The notes under the pieces are model-generated. The model was not told the origin of the DNA, searched no databases, and saw nothing but the letters and a program-made list of their open reading frames with translations. Below are positions 36,618-46,186 of a stretch of 64,000 bases of DNA, in pieces. The translations under genes were made by a program, and so were the position numbers. Within the stretch, counting starts at the first letter, position 1; each line of letters begins with the position of its first letter. The stretch covers positions 3,503 to 67,502 of the forward strand of contig JAKITW010000003.1 of the NCBI GenBank assembly GCA_021647905.1. Direction: 5' to 3'. The stretch comes from Desulfobacterales bacterium. GTDB taxonomy: Bacteria > Desulfobacterota > Desulfobulbia > Desulfobulbales > BM004.

Positions 36618-39600
36618 TTATTCCTCGGTTGCCTCTTCTTTGATCCCGCCGAACGCCTCGATCTGCGAGACGATCTGCTCGTTGGTGAACCCGCCCATGG
36701 AGATGGCAAAGGTCGGACAATGGGAAGCGCAGATGCCGCACGCCTTGCATGAGGCAACAATGGTTTCCGCCTTTTTCTTCTTATCCTGCTTGACCATCCG
36801 GATGGCCTGGTAGGGACAGAGGGAGGCGCACAGGCTGCAGCCGATGCAGGTCTCCTTATCCACGTTGGAGACGATCGGATCCACTGAGACATACCCCCTG
36901 ACCATGGGGATGGCGGCCTTGGCCGCCGCGGCCTGGGCCTGGACGATGATCTCGTCAACCGGCTTGGGCGAATGGGCCAGGCCGGAGACATAGACGCCGG
37001 CAACCGGCAGTTCCACCGGCCGCAGCTTGACGTGCGCCTCCAGGTAGAACCGGTTCTGATTCACCGGCACCTTGAGCAGCTTGCTCAAATAGTCGGTGGA
37101 CTCGGGTACGATCCCGGTGGACAGCACCAGCATCTTCGGCTTCAGGTTCACCTCGTCCCGGAGAATCGGGTCAAAAAAGGAGACCTCGATCCTGTTGCCC
37201 TTCTGGGTAATGGCCGGTTTCCGGTCCAGGGTATAGGGTATGAAGAGAACCCCCTGCTCCCGGGCCTGCTGGTAGATATCCTCGTTATACCCGTAGGTCC
37301 GGATATCACGAAAGAGAACCACTACCTGAGACTTCGGGTTGATCTCCTTGATCTTGAGCGCATTTTTTACAGCGCTGCTACAGCAGATCTTGCTGCAGTA
37401 GCCCAGGCCGTCGCCCCGGGAGCCGGCGCACTGAACCATGACCACCGAATCCGGGGCCCGGTTCCTGCTCTTGCCGGCAAGGCTCTTTTCCAGTTCCTGC
37501 TGGGTGAGCACTGTTTTGGCGGAAAAATCAATGGGATTGTTGAGCACGGTTGCCGGCCGATGTTCCCTGCCGCCGGTGGCGATCAGGATCACCCCGTGAT
37601 CAATGGTATCCTCGACCGGGCCCTTTTTCTTCTCGCTCTTGATCACCGAGGAGAAGTTGCCGACAAACCCGCTGGTCTGCAGGAGTTCCGCCGAGGTGAA
37701 CAGATCGATTTTCTTGTTTTTCCTGACCTGACCGGCCAGCTTCTTGACATGGTCGAGATGCTGGAAAAAGCCGCCCAGCGAAGATTTTTTCTCTACCAGG
37801 AAACAATGAAAACCCTGGTCAGCCAGGTTGAGGGCCGCGGTCATCCCGGCCACCCCGCCGCCGACCACCAGCGCCCTGGAGGTCACCGGCACGGTCTGTT
37901 CGGGCAAGGGCTGGATCAACCGGGCCTTGGCAACCGCCATCCGCACCAGATCCTTGGACTTGTCAGTGGCCGCCTCGGGCTCGTTGGCATGGACCCAGGA
38001 ACATTGATCGCGGATATTTACCATTTCAAACAGCGAGCGGTTGAGCCCGGCATCCTTCAGGGTCTCCTGAAAGAGCGGCTCATGGGTCCGCGGCGAACAG
38101 GCGGCGATAACCACCCGGTTCAGCCGATGCTCCTTTATCTTCTCCTTGAGCACCTCCTGGGCGTCCTGGGAGCAGCTGTAAAGGCTTTCAGTGTAGTAGA
38201 CCACGTTTTCCATGTCCCCGGCATAGTTGCTTACCCCGGGCACATCGACAACGCTGCCGATATTGATCCCGCAATGGCAGACAAAGACCCCGATCCGCAC
38301 CTCTTCATCCAGGGGCTTTTCAGCGGGATAGCTCTTATGGATGATCCCCTTGCCCCGTTCCTTCTTTAAGAGCGAGGAAACCGCCCCGGCAACCCCGCTG
38401 GACTGGGTGACGCTCTCCGGAATATCCTTGGGGCCCTGGAAGGCGCCGGCAACAAAGACCCCCTTCCTGGAGGTGTCCAGCGGGCTGAAGGTATCAGTGG
38501 CGCAGAAATCGTATCCATTCAACTCAATCCCGCTGATCGCGGCCAGCTTGCCGGCATCGGCCGGCGAATCAAGGCCCACCGAAAGGACCACCATGTCATA
38601 GGGATCAAAGCGGTGACTGCCGTCCATGGTGGCATAGGTCAGCTGCAGGTGATCGCCCCATGGCATCACATCGGCGACCCGGGCCCGGACAAACTTGATC
38701 CCCTTGTCCTCGGCCCGCTGCTGGGCCGCGTCAAAGTCCTTGCCCTGGGTGCGGATATCCATGTAGTAGATGGTGATCTCCGCCTCGGGGTCATGCTCCT
38801 TGGCAACCATTGCCTCCTTGATCGCATACATGCAGCAGACCGAGGAGCAGTAGCCGTTGTCGCAGCCCAGATCCCGGGAGCCCACGCACTGGATAAAGGC
38901 GATCTTATGGGGATGGCGCTGGTCGGAAAGACAGCGGACCTCGCCTTGGAACGGGCCGGAGGGGTTGAGCAGCCGCTCGAACTCCAGGCTGGTGACCACG
39001 TCCGGATGTTTGCCGTAGCCATACTTGGCCAGGGCCTGGTCCGGAACCCGGCCGAAACCGGGCGAGAGCACCACCGCGCCGACCTCCAGGGCCCGTTCCT
39101 CGGGTTTCTGACTGAAATCAATGGCCTTGCTCTGGCAGACCGGCACACAGATCTGGCAGGTCTCATGCTGGAGATAGAGACAGCTGCGCGGATCAATGAA
39201 ATAGGTGGCTGGCACCGCCTGGGGATAGTCGATATGGATCGGCCGGGTAATGGCCAGTCCCTCGTTGTACTCGTCGACCTGGTGCCGGGGACAGTAGGTG
39301 GTGCACAGGCCGCAGGCCGTACAGTCGTCCGCATTGATGTAACGGGGATTGATCCGGACGTTGGCGGTGAATTTACCGGGCCTTCCATCCAGTGAAAGAA
39401 ACTCGGCGTTTGTAAGAATCTCGATATTTGGAGACCGACCGGCCTCGACCAACTTGGGCGCCAGGATTCAGAGCGAACAGTCGTTGGTCGGGAAGGTCTT
39501 GTCCAGTTGAGCCATCACCCCGCCAATGGCAGCGGATTTTTCCACCAGATAGACATAGTATCCCAGGTCGGTCAGATCAAGAGCCGCCTGGAGACCGGCG

Positions 39601-39656
39601 ATACCGCCGCCGACCACCATCACGGATCCGGCTCTGCTCTTCTTTACTTCAGCCAT
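36618..39656 (-). CDS. hdrA: Heterodisulfide reductase subunit A-like flavoprotein (1012 aa) selenoprotein
   Basis: Track ORFs 39468-39656 and 36618-39452 are in the same frame. TGA 39470..39468 gives [30 protein letters not shown], matching the conserved DCSMCILxPK motif. Two GxGxxG FAD folds and several 4Fe-4S CxxCxxCxxxCP motifs are present. Confidence 0.8.
39431..39446 (-). promoter_or_regulatory. Candidate SECIS apical hairpin for the hdrA UGA
   Basis: GAGGCC-GGUC-GGUCUC, a 6-bp stem with a GGUC loop as in E. coli fdhF SECIS. The stem starts 21 nt after the UGA and the loop 27 nt after it. Confidence 0.45.
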
Positions 39657-39769
39657 AATGTAACTCCAGGTTCAAAGTTAACAACCGCGCAACATGTCGA
39701 AATCAACAAGATTTCTTATCCCGGTGGCCCGGGACCTGTTCCCTTTCCCTGCCGGAGCAAGACACGGTC

Positions 39770-41125
39770 TTAAGAGGCCGGCTTCCACTCCTTGAGGTAT
39801 GCGGGCAGATGTCCGGCCTCGCGCGGGCCGATGGTAATGGTCCACTCGGGCAGTTCCTCCTCGATCTCGCCCTTGATGGTGGCCAGATACCCGGGGATGA
39901 TCAGGTCGCGATGCTTGACCTTGTCCTCAATGCCGCTCTTCTTGAGGAACTGGGCGATGAGGTCGGCGCCGAACTTGCCGGCGGCCCAGGCGGTGAGCAC
40001 CGACAGCCCCTCGGTATCCTTGATCAGCAGCCAGGAAGGCACCTTGCTGCCCTCGATCTCGCCGGAGACGATGAAGTAGGTGAGCGAGAAGTTGCAGGTG
40101 ACCAGCACCGGCGAGTTCTCGTCCGGACCGTTGATCGGATAGATATCCTCTTTCACCACCATCGGCCGCTGCGGATCAGTGAACAGGTTGAGCCGTTCCA
40201 GGAAGAGCGGAAAGAGGGTGTCGCCCTGGAGATCGGACAGGATAATCATCCCGGCGTACTTGGCGATCAGCACCGAGGAGATCATCGCCTCCATCAGCGG
40301 GTCGTCGGTCATCTCGCCGGGAAAGACGATGGTCGGAAAGCCGAGCGGCTTGAATTTTTTGGTAACCGCGGCGCGGCGGGCCACAATGTTGTCCTCGAAT
40401 GCGGCATGCATGGTCCGGGCCCCGGTATCAATGACCAGGTCCTTGAGACCGGCCTTGATCAAGCTCTCGGACAGGGTCACCGCGTCGTCAAGGTCAACGC
40501 CCTTGACCGCCAGCGGGCAGCCGGCCTCCCTGGCCATCCCGGCCATGGCATCGGCATTACCGGCAGTGGCCCCGTACAGGAGCGGCTTGCGGTCGCCGCA
40601 GAGCCTGGCCCCCTCGGCCAGGGTCTCGGGGTTGTCGCTCATCAGCACCAGGGTGGCGTCGGCCGCGGTGTCCAGGACCTTCTTGACCAATCCGCTAAAG
40701 GCGGCTCCATCACCGTCAGCATCCTTGACCGCGATGATATCGGCCTTCATCAATACCCCGACCCGCTCATAGCGCAGGCTGTTAAAGCGCTCGATCCGGC
40801 CGTCCACATCCTGGCCGGCCATCCCGGTGGTGACCAGCACCCCGATGCCGGTGGGATTTTCGAACCGCCGGTCATGCCGGTACATGCAGGTCTCGCCGCC
40901 GGCGGTGAAAGCGGCATCCCCTGCCCCGAGCTTGATGGTGCGGATCGGCGGCGCCGAGGCCTCGCCAATGGTCTCCTTGGCCTCATCGCTCACATACGGA
41001 CATACGCCGATTTCCATCTGCCCGGCCGCCACCTTCATTCCAAAGGCCAGACAGGTCGGTATCCCGCATTCCCCGCAGTTGGTCTTGGGGAGCATTTTCA
41101 GGATTTGAATACCAGTTAAAGCCAT
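39770..41125 (-). CDS. acsC: Corrinoid iron-sulfur protein large subunit (AcsC/CdhE)
   Basis: N-terminal 4Fe-4S motif KTNCGECGIPTCLAF with a second CPY, followed by TIM-barrel and corrinoid-binding regions. Confidence 0.85.
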   Translation of the reverse strand: MALTGIQILKMLPKTNCGECGIPTCLAFGMKVAAGQMEIGVCPYVSDEAKETIGEASAPPIRTIKLGAGDAAFTAGGETCMYRHDRRFENPTGIGVLVTTGMAGQDVDGRIERFNSLRYERVGVLMKADIIAVKDADGDGAAFSGLVKKVLDTAADATLVLMSDNPETLAEGARLCGDRKPLLYGATAGNADAMAGMAREAGCPLAVKGVDLDDAVTLSESLIKAGLKDLVIDTGARTMHAAFEDNIVARRAAVTKKFKPLGFPTIVFPGEMTDDPLMEAMISSVLIAKYAGMIILSDLQGDTLFPLFLERLNLFTDPQRPMVVKEDIYPINGPDENSPVLVTCNFSLTYFIVSGEIEGSKVPSWLLIKDTEGLSVLTAWAAGKFGADLIAQFLKKSGIEDKVKHRDLIIPGYLATIKGEIEEELPEWTITIGPREAGHLPAYLKEWKPAS

Positions 41126-41182
41126 TACCGTTCCTCCACGTTTATCTATACATTCAAAGCATGCAGAATATCGTTGTGATCC

Positions 41183-43393
41183 TTACACCGCCGCTTCCAT
41201 CTCCAGGGCCGGGTGCCCCTTTTCCTTCAGGAACTTGAGGATCTCCTCCTCGGTCTCACCCTGCTCTTCAGTGGCGATCATTTCATACAGTTCAGGCATC
41301 CCCTCTTCCTTGCACCGCGCGATGAGCTTGTCCTTGATCTCTTCCTTGAGCATCTTGGGCAGCCAGACCAGCCGTTTGAGCCCGCCCTCGGCCTTGAGGA
41401 ACTTGCGGCTGGTGAGGAAATGCTTGCTGACCCCCATGAAACCGGGGGTCTGGGCCCCGCCGCCGGCCATGCCGGCCAGGGTGGTGAACTTCATCCCGCT
41501 GGGGGTCATGCCCCGGTAATCGCGGTTAACGATCATCACCCCGTTGCACTGGGGCAGCATCGCGGCAATGGCCTCGAAACAGCCGCAGGCGGTCATCGGG
41601 TTGGTCATCAGTGAATAGCAGGCCACCTCGGGCACCGCGCCGCGGGAGGCCTGGTTGACAAAATCATTGATCCCCTTGAAGTTGCCCAGGTTGTTGTCAA
41701 GGCACTCGCCCTTTTCAATGGGCTGGTTGGGGCCGGTGGGGTTGATCTGATAGGAGGCCTTGCCGTCCAGCCAGTTGTAGGCCCCGCACATGCCCACCCG
41801 CTCCGGGGTGATCACGCAGACATGGCTGGGGGCGAAAGACTGGCACAGGGTACAGGAGTAGAAAATCTCCTCGGTCTCGTCGGTCATGGTGCCCAGCCGT
41901 TCGTCGCGCTCGGCATATACCGTGCGGGCCACTTCCTGGACCTTTTCCACCTGGTCGGGCTCGGTATAGATCTTGACCTGGATCTTGTCGAGGATCGCGC
42001 CGAACTCCTGGTGGAGCTTGCCGTGCAGCACCTTGCCGATGTGGGCAAGCGAAAAACCCTTCTCCACCGCGGCCTTGCCGATCCGGAGCCACATGATGTT
42101 CCGCTGGCCCATGTGCATGATGCCCTGGATGTAGTTGATCAGGTGATGGAACTGCCGCTCGAGGATGGGCTCGAAGTCGGACTGCATCTCCCGGCCGGCC
42201 ACCTCGACCAGGATGGCCAACGGCAGGTTGTGGCCCTGTTCGATATCCTTGATGTCCGGACCCTCGACAATGACCAGGCCGTCCTCGACATCGCCCATGT
42301 CCTTGGAGACGAGCACCTCGACCGCCGGGGTCCGGCCGCCGCCGCACTCCATGAACAGATCGTCCTTGCGCACCCGCTCGCCCTCAAAGGCCGGACCGAA
42401 AGACATGGGGATGTCGATCTTGGTGATCGAGACCTTGAGACCGCGCACCTCAATGGCCTTCTGGACGAACTCCTCGTGGGGTACGTTGCTGACCACGTGC
42501 TCGTAAGTACAGATACCAGTGGGCAGCACCTCGGGGATGTCGTAATCAGAGATGGTGGGAAAGCCCCAGTTGATGGCGCCGGCGGCATTGGCGTACCACT
42601 CGTCGGAAACCGGTCCGAAGGCCATCACAAAGGCAAAGGTCCGGTCCTTGTTGTAGATCAGGTTGCCCCGGTAGTCGCCGGGCTTGATCCCGCCGAAGGC
42701 CATGGCCACCCGGCAGGCGAAACCAATGGCAAAGACCGCCGAGGTGTAGCTCCGGCCAAAGGGCACCAGCCGGGTGTTCCAGCCGACCTGGACCTTGTTG
42801 TCGACGAGCTGCTCGGGCATGCTCTTCCCAGAGGCGTGATCATGGTCATGCATGAAGATATAGAGGTTCTTCTCCTGCAGTTCCAGGGCGATCTTGCTGG
42901 CGATCTCCTTGTCGGGCGGCGCACCCATGATCGCGGCAAACCCGGGGGCCGTGCCGTCAACAAACTCCACCCCCCGCTTACGGAAGATGATATCGTCGGC
43001 CGCGCCCAGCCAGATATTGTCCGCAGTGGGATCCTCGGTCTTGGTGTAGAAATCAGGCTCGTTCAAATAGCGGACCGCCTCATACATCTCTTCGGCAAAA
43101 AAGGTGGCCATGCCCGCATCCAGGGCCGAGGCCAGGTAGGGCAGCCAGATCTCATCGCTGACCATCTCCGGCAGAAGCTTGCGGCATTCCTGGAAGATAT
43201 CCTTCATATCCCCCAGCTTTTCCACCTTGGCGCCCAGCATTGAATAAATGACCGGCAGGAAATAGGCGGTGTTGGGGAAGGCGACCTCTTGTTCAGGACC
43301 GTGTTTCTTCAGCGCTTCTTCATACTTTTCCTCGGCCATGTCCACAATCTTGTGGGCACCTCGAATAGCGGCTGAACAGATAATTTTTGACAT
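41183..43393 (-). CDS. acsB: Acetyl-CoA synthase catalytic subunit (AcsB/CdhC)
   Basis: 736 aa, bacterial-type. A-cluster motifs include CTLCQSFAPSHVC and ACGCFE. Confidence 0.9.
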   Translation of the reverse strand: MSKIICSAAIRGAHKIVDMAEEKYEEALKKHGPEQEVAFPNTAYFLPVIYSMLGAKVEKLGDMKDIFQECRKLLPEMVSDEIWLPYLASALDAGMATFFAEEMYEAVRYLNEPDFYTKTEDPTADNIWLGAADDIIFRKRGVEFVDGTAPGFAAIMGAPPDKEIASKIALELQEKNLYIFMHDHDHASGKSMPEQLVDNKVQVGWNTRLVPFGRSYTSAVFAIGFACRVAMAFGGIKPGDYRGNLIYNKDRTFAFVMAFGPVSDEWYANAAGAINWGFPTISDYDIPEVLPTGICTYEHVVSNVPHEEFVQKAIEVRGLKVSITKIDIPMSFGPAFEGERVRKDDLFMECGGGRTPAVEVLVSKDMGDVEDGLVIVEGPDIKDIEQGHNLPLAILVEVAGREMQSDFEPILERQFHHLINYIQGIMHMGQRNIMWLRIGKAAVEKGFSLAHIGKVLHGKLHQEFGAILDKIQVKIYTEPDQVEKVQEVARTVYAERDERLGTMTDETEEIFYSCTLCQSFAPSHVCVITPERVGMCGAYNWLDGKASYQINPTGPNQPIEKGECLDNNLGNFKGINDFVNQASRGAVPEVACYSLMTNPMTACGCFEAIAAMLPQCNGVMIVNRDYRGMTPSGMKFTTLAGMAGGGAQTPGFMGVSKHFLTSRKFLKAEGGLKRLVWLPKMLKEEIKDKLIARCKEEGMPELYEMIATEEQGETEEEILKFLKEKGHPALEMEAAV

Positions 43394-43456
43394 CGGAGAC
43401 TCCTTAGCAGAGAAATATTTTTACAGGATCAACTGGGTTGTTCATGGTCACGGCAT

Positions 43457-46132
43457 TCAGCCGATCAGGCCGTTGACCAGCGACTTGGTCAGGGCGATGG
43501 CCCTGGGATGCCGCATGATCAATACCTCGCCGCCGGACAGCAGCATACAGGAAGCGGTAATCGCCTCCATCAGCACGCCGCGCTGCTCCTGATCACCCAG
43601 GAGCGGGTCCGAGGGCAGCCGGCATTCCTTGGCCTTCCAGACCTCGCGGCCCAGGTTACAGATGATCGGCACCTGCAGTTTCTCGTCCTGCTGGGTCAGG
43701 GCGGCCAACCGGATCCGCTCCATAACCGAATAGGTGTACTCAATGCCGTAGCCCAGGGCCCCGACAGAGGGGTCGATGAGTACCGAATCAAGCGACACCC
43801 CGAGATTCTCCAGCAGGATGTTGAGCTGCTTGGCCAGGTTGACGTCAATGGGAGAGGCGGCGACCATGGGATACTGGAAGGCCATGGCCGTGGCGCCGAT
43901 GGAGCGGTAATTGGCATCGGAGAGCGGCGCCAGGCAGACCTTCTTGCTGCCGATCATTGCGGTGACCTCCCGCAGGGTCTCGGTATCCTTGTCAGCGTTG
44001 CCGCAGCCCCAGAGGATGATCGGCACATCGATGTTATTGATCACCTCGGCCGCGGTCTTGGCCGCATCGGCCGATGACCGGTTCAGGCCGTTGGGGTCGG
44101 TGGAGACCAGGGAGAGACAGATCGCCTCGGCCTGGTACTCCTTGACACATTTCCGGGCCCAGTCCACCGGGCTGTCAAGCACGTCGGCAAAATGGCGGGT
44201 CAGGGTCCCGGGCCATTCTTCCGGCTTGATATCAGGAACATCCATGGCAATGAGCGGCTTGTTCGGCATCTCGCCTTCAAAGAGCTGAAAGGGCATGGAG
44301 TCGGCCCCGCCGACCTGAACGGTGTTGTCGTCGCTGCCCAGGGTGACCTGGCGGATGGAGCCGCTGTATCGGGTCCGGTAGGTGTCAACCGGAACCTTGG
44401 TCGATCGATCGGCCAGGGGTGTCGGCTCACCGGCCAGCGCGGCAACCCCGAAATCAGCGGCAGCGGCCGGGGCGGCGGCGGGCTTGGCCTCGGCAGTCTT
44501 TTCAGCCTCCTCAACGGCCTTGGCCGCAGCCTCTTTTTTCGCCTCTGCCGCGGCTTTTGCTTCCGCCGCCTTCCTAGCCTCCTCAGCGGCCTTGGCCTGT
44601 TCGGCAGCCTTGGCCGCGGCGGCCTTTTTGGCCTCTTCGGCAGCCTTGGCTTGTGCGGCGGCTTTTACTTCAGCAGCCTTCTTGGCTTCCTCGGCAGCCT
44701 TGGTCCTGGCTTCATCTGCCGCGCTATCCACGGCCGGTGCCGCCGGTGCTGCTGGTGCTGCCGGAGTTACCGGTGCTGCCGGTGCTGCCGGGGCTGCCGG
44801 GGCTGCCGGAGTTACCGGGGCTGCCGGCTCTTTCCGCAAGATGGCTTCGGCCCCGGCAAAATTGGTCAGGGCCTCGAATTGATCATCGCTTAATCCAAGG
44901 GATCTCTTCAGTAATTCAAGACCACGCTGAACAGACTCCAACGCCATCCGGCGTTCTCTTTCATTCATCTCATCTTCTCCTGCTTCCGCAATTTCCATCA
45001 ATTCCTGATCAACCGGGGCCGCGGTCCGCGCCTGCGGCCTGCCCGCTTCCTCCCTGGCCGCGGCAATTATCTTTTCAGCCTCTGCCCTGGCCGCGGCAAG
45101 AACATCATCGGCCGCCTTCTTGTCGACCGGGGCCCTGCTGACCTCGATTGCCGCCGGGGCCGCAACCAGGGCCGCGGCCGGCTCATCATCAAATACCGGC
45201 CTGGGGCCGAGACTGGCCCGGCTGACGATCTCGGGCACCGCGCTTTCCCACTCAATGGCCATGATATGGACCCCGGCCACCCCCTTGATCTCACGAACCT
45301 GGTTGATAACATCAACACAGATGTTGATGCCCTCGTCCTCCTTGTCCGCGGCTCCCCGCATCCGCTCGATCACCTCGCCGGTGACATCCATGCCGGGCAC
45401 GAATTTTTTCATATACCGGGCCATGCCCAGGGAACGGGGCGGGGTGACCCCGGCCAGGATGGAGACCTTTTCATCAATGCCCAGGTCGCGGACCATTTCC
45501 ATGAACCTGGCGAACTTCTCCACGTTATAGATGATCTGGGTCTGGACGAAATCAGCGCCATTAGCCGCCTTTTTCCCCAGCCGCGGGGCCCGGTAGGCAA
45601 AGGGCTCGGCAAAGGGGTTGGCCGCGCAGCCCAGAAAGAGCCGCGGCTTTTCACCCTTGATCTCCTCGCCGCACTGGAACCGGCCCTCGTCGCGCAGCGA
45701 CCTCATCATGCCGAGCATCTGGATGGAGTCCATGTCAAAGACCCCCTTGGCTCCCGGATGGTTGCCGAACTTCTGATGATCACCGGTCAGGCAGAGCAGG
45801 TTCTTCAACCCCAGGGCCGCGGCGCCCAGGATATCGCTCTGCATCCCGATCCGGTTCCGGTCGCGACAGGTCATCTGGATGACCGGCTCCACCCCCTCGG
45901 ACTGGACGATCAGGCCGGCGGCAATACTGGACATCCGGACAATGGCGGTCTGGCAGTCGGTGATATTAACCGCGTCCACATGGCCCTTCAACAACCGGGC
46001 CTTGTTGCGCACCACCTCGGGGTCGCTGTTCTTGGGCGGCCCCAGCTCACCGGTTACCGCAAAATCTCCCGCAGTTAAGATACGCTCTAATCGACTCGCC
46101 GATTTCATCGGTAATCTATCCTTGTCTTCCAT
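43457..46132 (-). CDS. Fusion of methylene-tetrahydrofolate reductase (MetF, acetogen type) and the corrinoid Fe-S protein small subunit (AcsD/CdhD)
   Basis: Residues about 1-310 are MetF-like (VTGELGPP..., NITDCQTA, QTQIIYN). Residues about 320-560 form an Ala/Pro/Lys/Glu low-complexity linker. Residues about 570-891 are AcsD-like (VTLGSD..VQVGG...PIILWGCG...GIEYTYSVMERIR). The frame is uninterrupted. Confidence 0.75.
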   Translation of the reverse strand: MEDKDRLPMKSASRLERILTAGDFAVTGELGPPKNSDPEVVRNKARLLKGHVDAVNITDCQTAIVRMSSIAAGLIVQSEGVEPVIQMTCRDRNRIGMQSDILGAAALGLKNLLCLTGDHQKFGNHPGAKGVFDMDSIQMLGMMRSLRDEGRFQCGEEIKGEKPRLFLGCAANPFAEPFAYRAPRLGKKAANGADFVQTQIIYNVEKFARFMEMVRDLGIDEKVSILAGVTPPRSLGMARYMKKFVPGMDVTGEVIERMRGAADKEDEGINICVDVINQVREIKGVAGVHIMAIEWESAVPEIVSRASLGPRPVFDDEPAAALVAAPAAIEVSRAPVDKKAADDVLAAARAEAEKIIAAAREEAGRPQARTAAPVDQELMEIAEAGEDEMNERERRMALESVQRGLELLKRSLGLSDDQFEALTNFAGAEAILRKEPAAPVTPAAPAAPAAPAAPVTPAAPAAPAAPAVDSAADEARTKAAEEAKKAAEVKAAAQAKAAEEAKKAAAAKAAEQAKAAEEARKAAEAKAAAEAKKEAAAKAVEEAEKTAEAKPAAAPAAAADFGVAALAGEPTPLADRSTKVPVDTYRTRYSGSIRQVTLGSDDNTVQVGGADSMPFQLFEGEMPNKPLIAMDVPDIKPEEWPGTLTRHFADVLDSPVDWARKCVKEYQAEAICLSLVSTDPNGLNRSSADAAKTAAEVINNIDVPIILWGCGNADKDTETLREVTAMIGSKKVCLAPLSDANYRSIGATAMAFQYPMVAASPIDVNLAKQLNILLENLGVSLDSVLIDPSVGALGYGIEYTYSVMERIRLAALTQQDEKLQVPIICNLGREVWKAKECRLPSDPLLGDQEQRGVLMEAITASCMLLSGGEVLIMRHPRAIALTKSLVNGLIG
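44462..44832 (-). repeat. In-frame low-complexity tandem repeats encoding the MetF-AcsD linker
   Basis: Encodes (PAA)n-type runs PAAPVTPAAPAAPAAPAAPVTPAAPAAPAAPA and (KAAEEA)-type runs KAAEEAKKAAEVKAAAQAKAAEEAKKAAAAKAAEQAKAAEEARKAAEAKAAAEAKKEAAAKA. Confidence 0.8.
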
Positions 46133-46186
46133 GCTTCATTTTCTTCCATGTTTCAGGTTGGGGTGCTCTTGCTGGTCCCGGAAAGA

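Noticed and set aside
36406-36750. Treating 36406-36750 and 35881-36363 (and likewise 39468-39656 and 36618-39452) as separate genes or as a frameshifted pseudogene
   Set aside because: The pieces are in the same frame, separated by a single TGA that aligns with a conserved Cys and is followed by a hairpin. Selenocysteine read-through is the simpler explanation.
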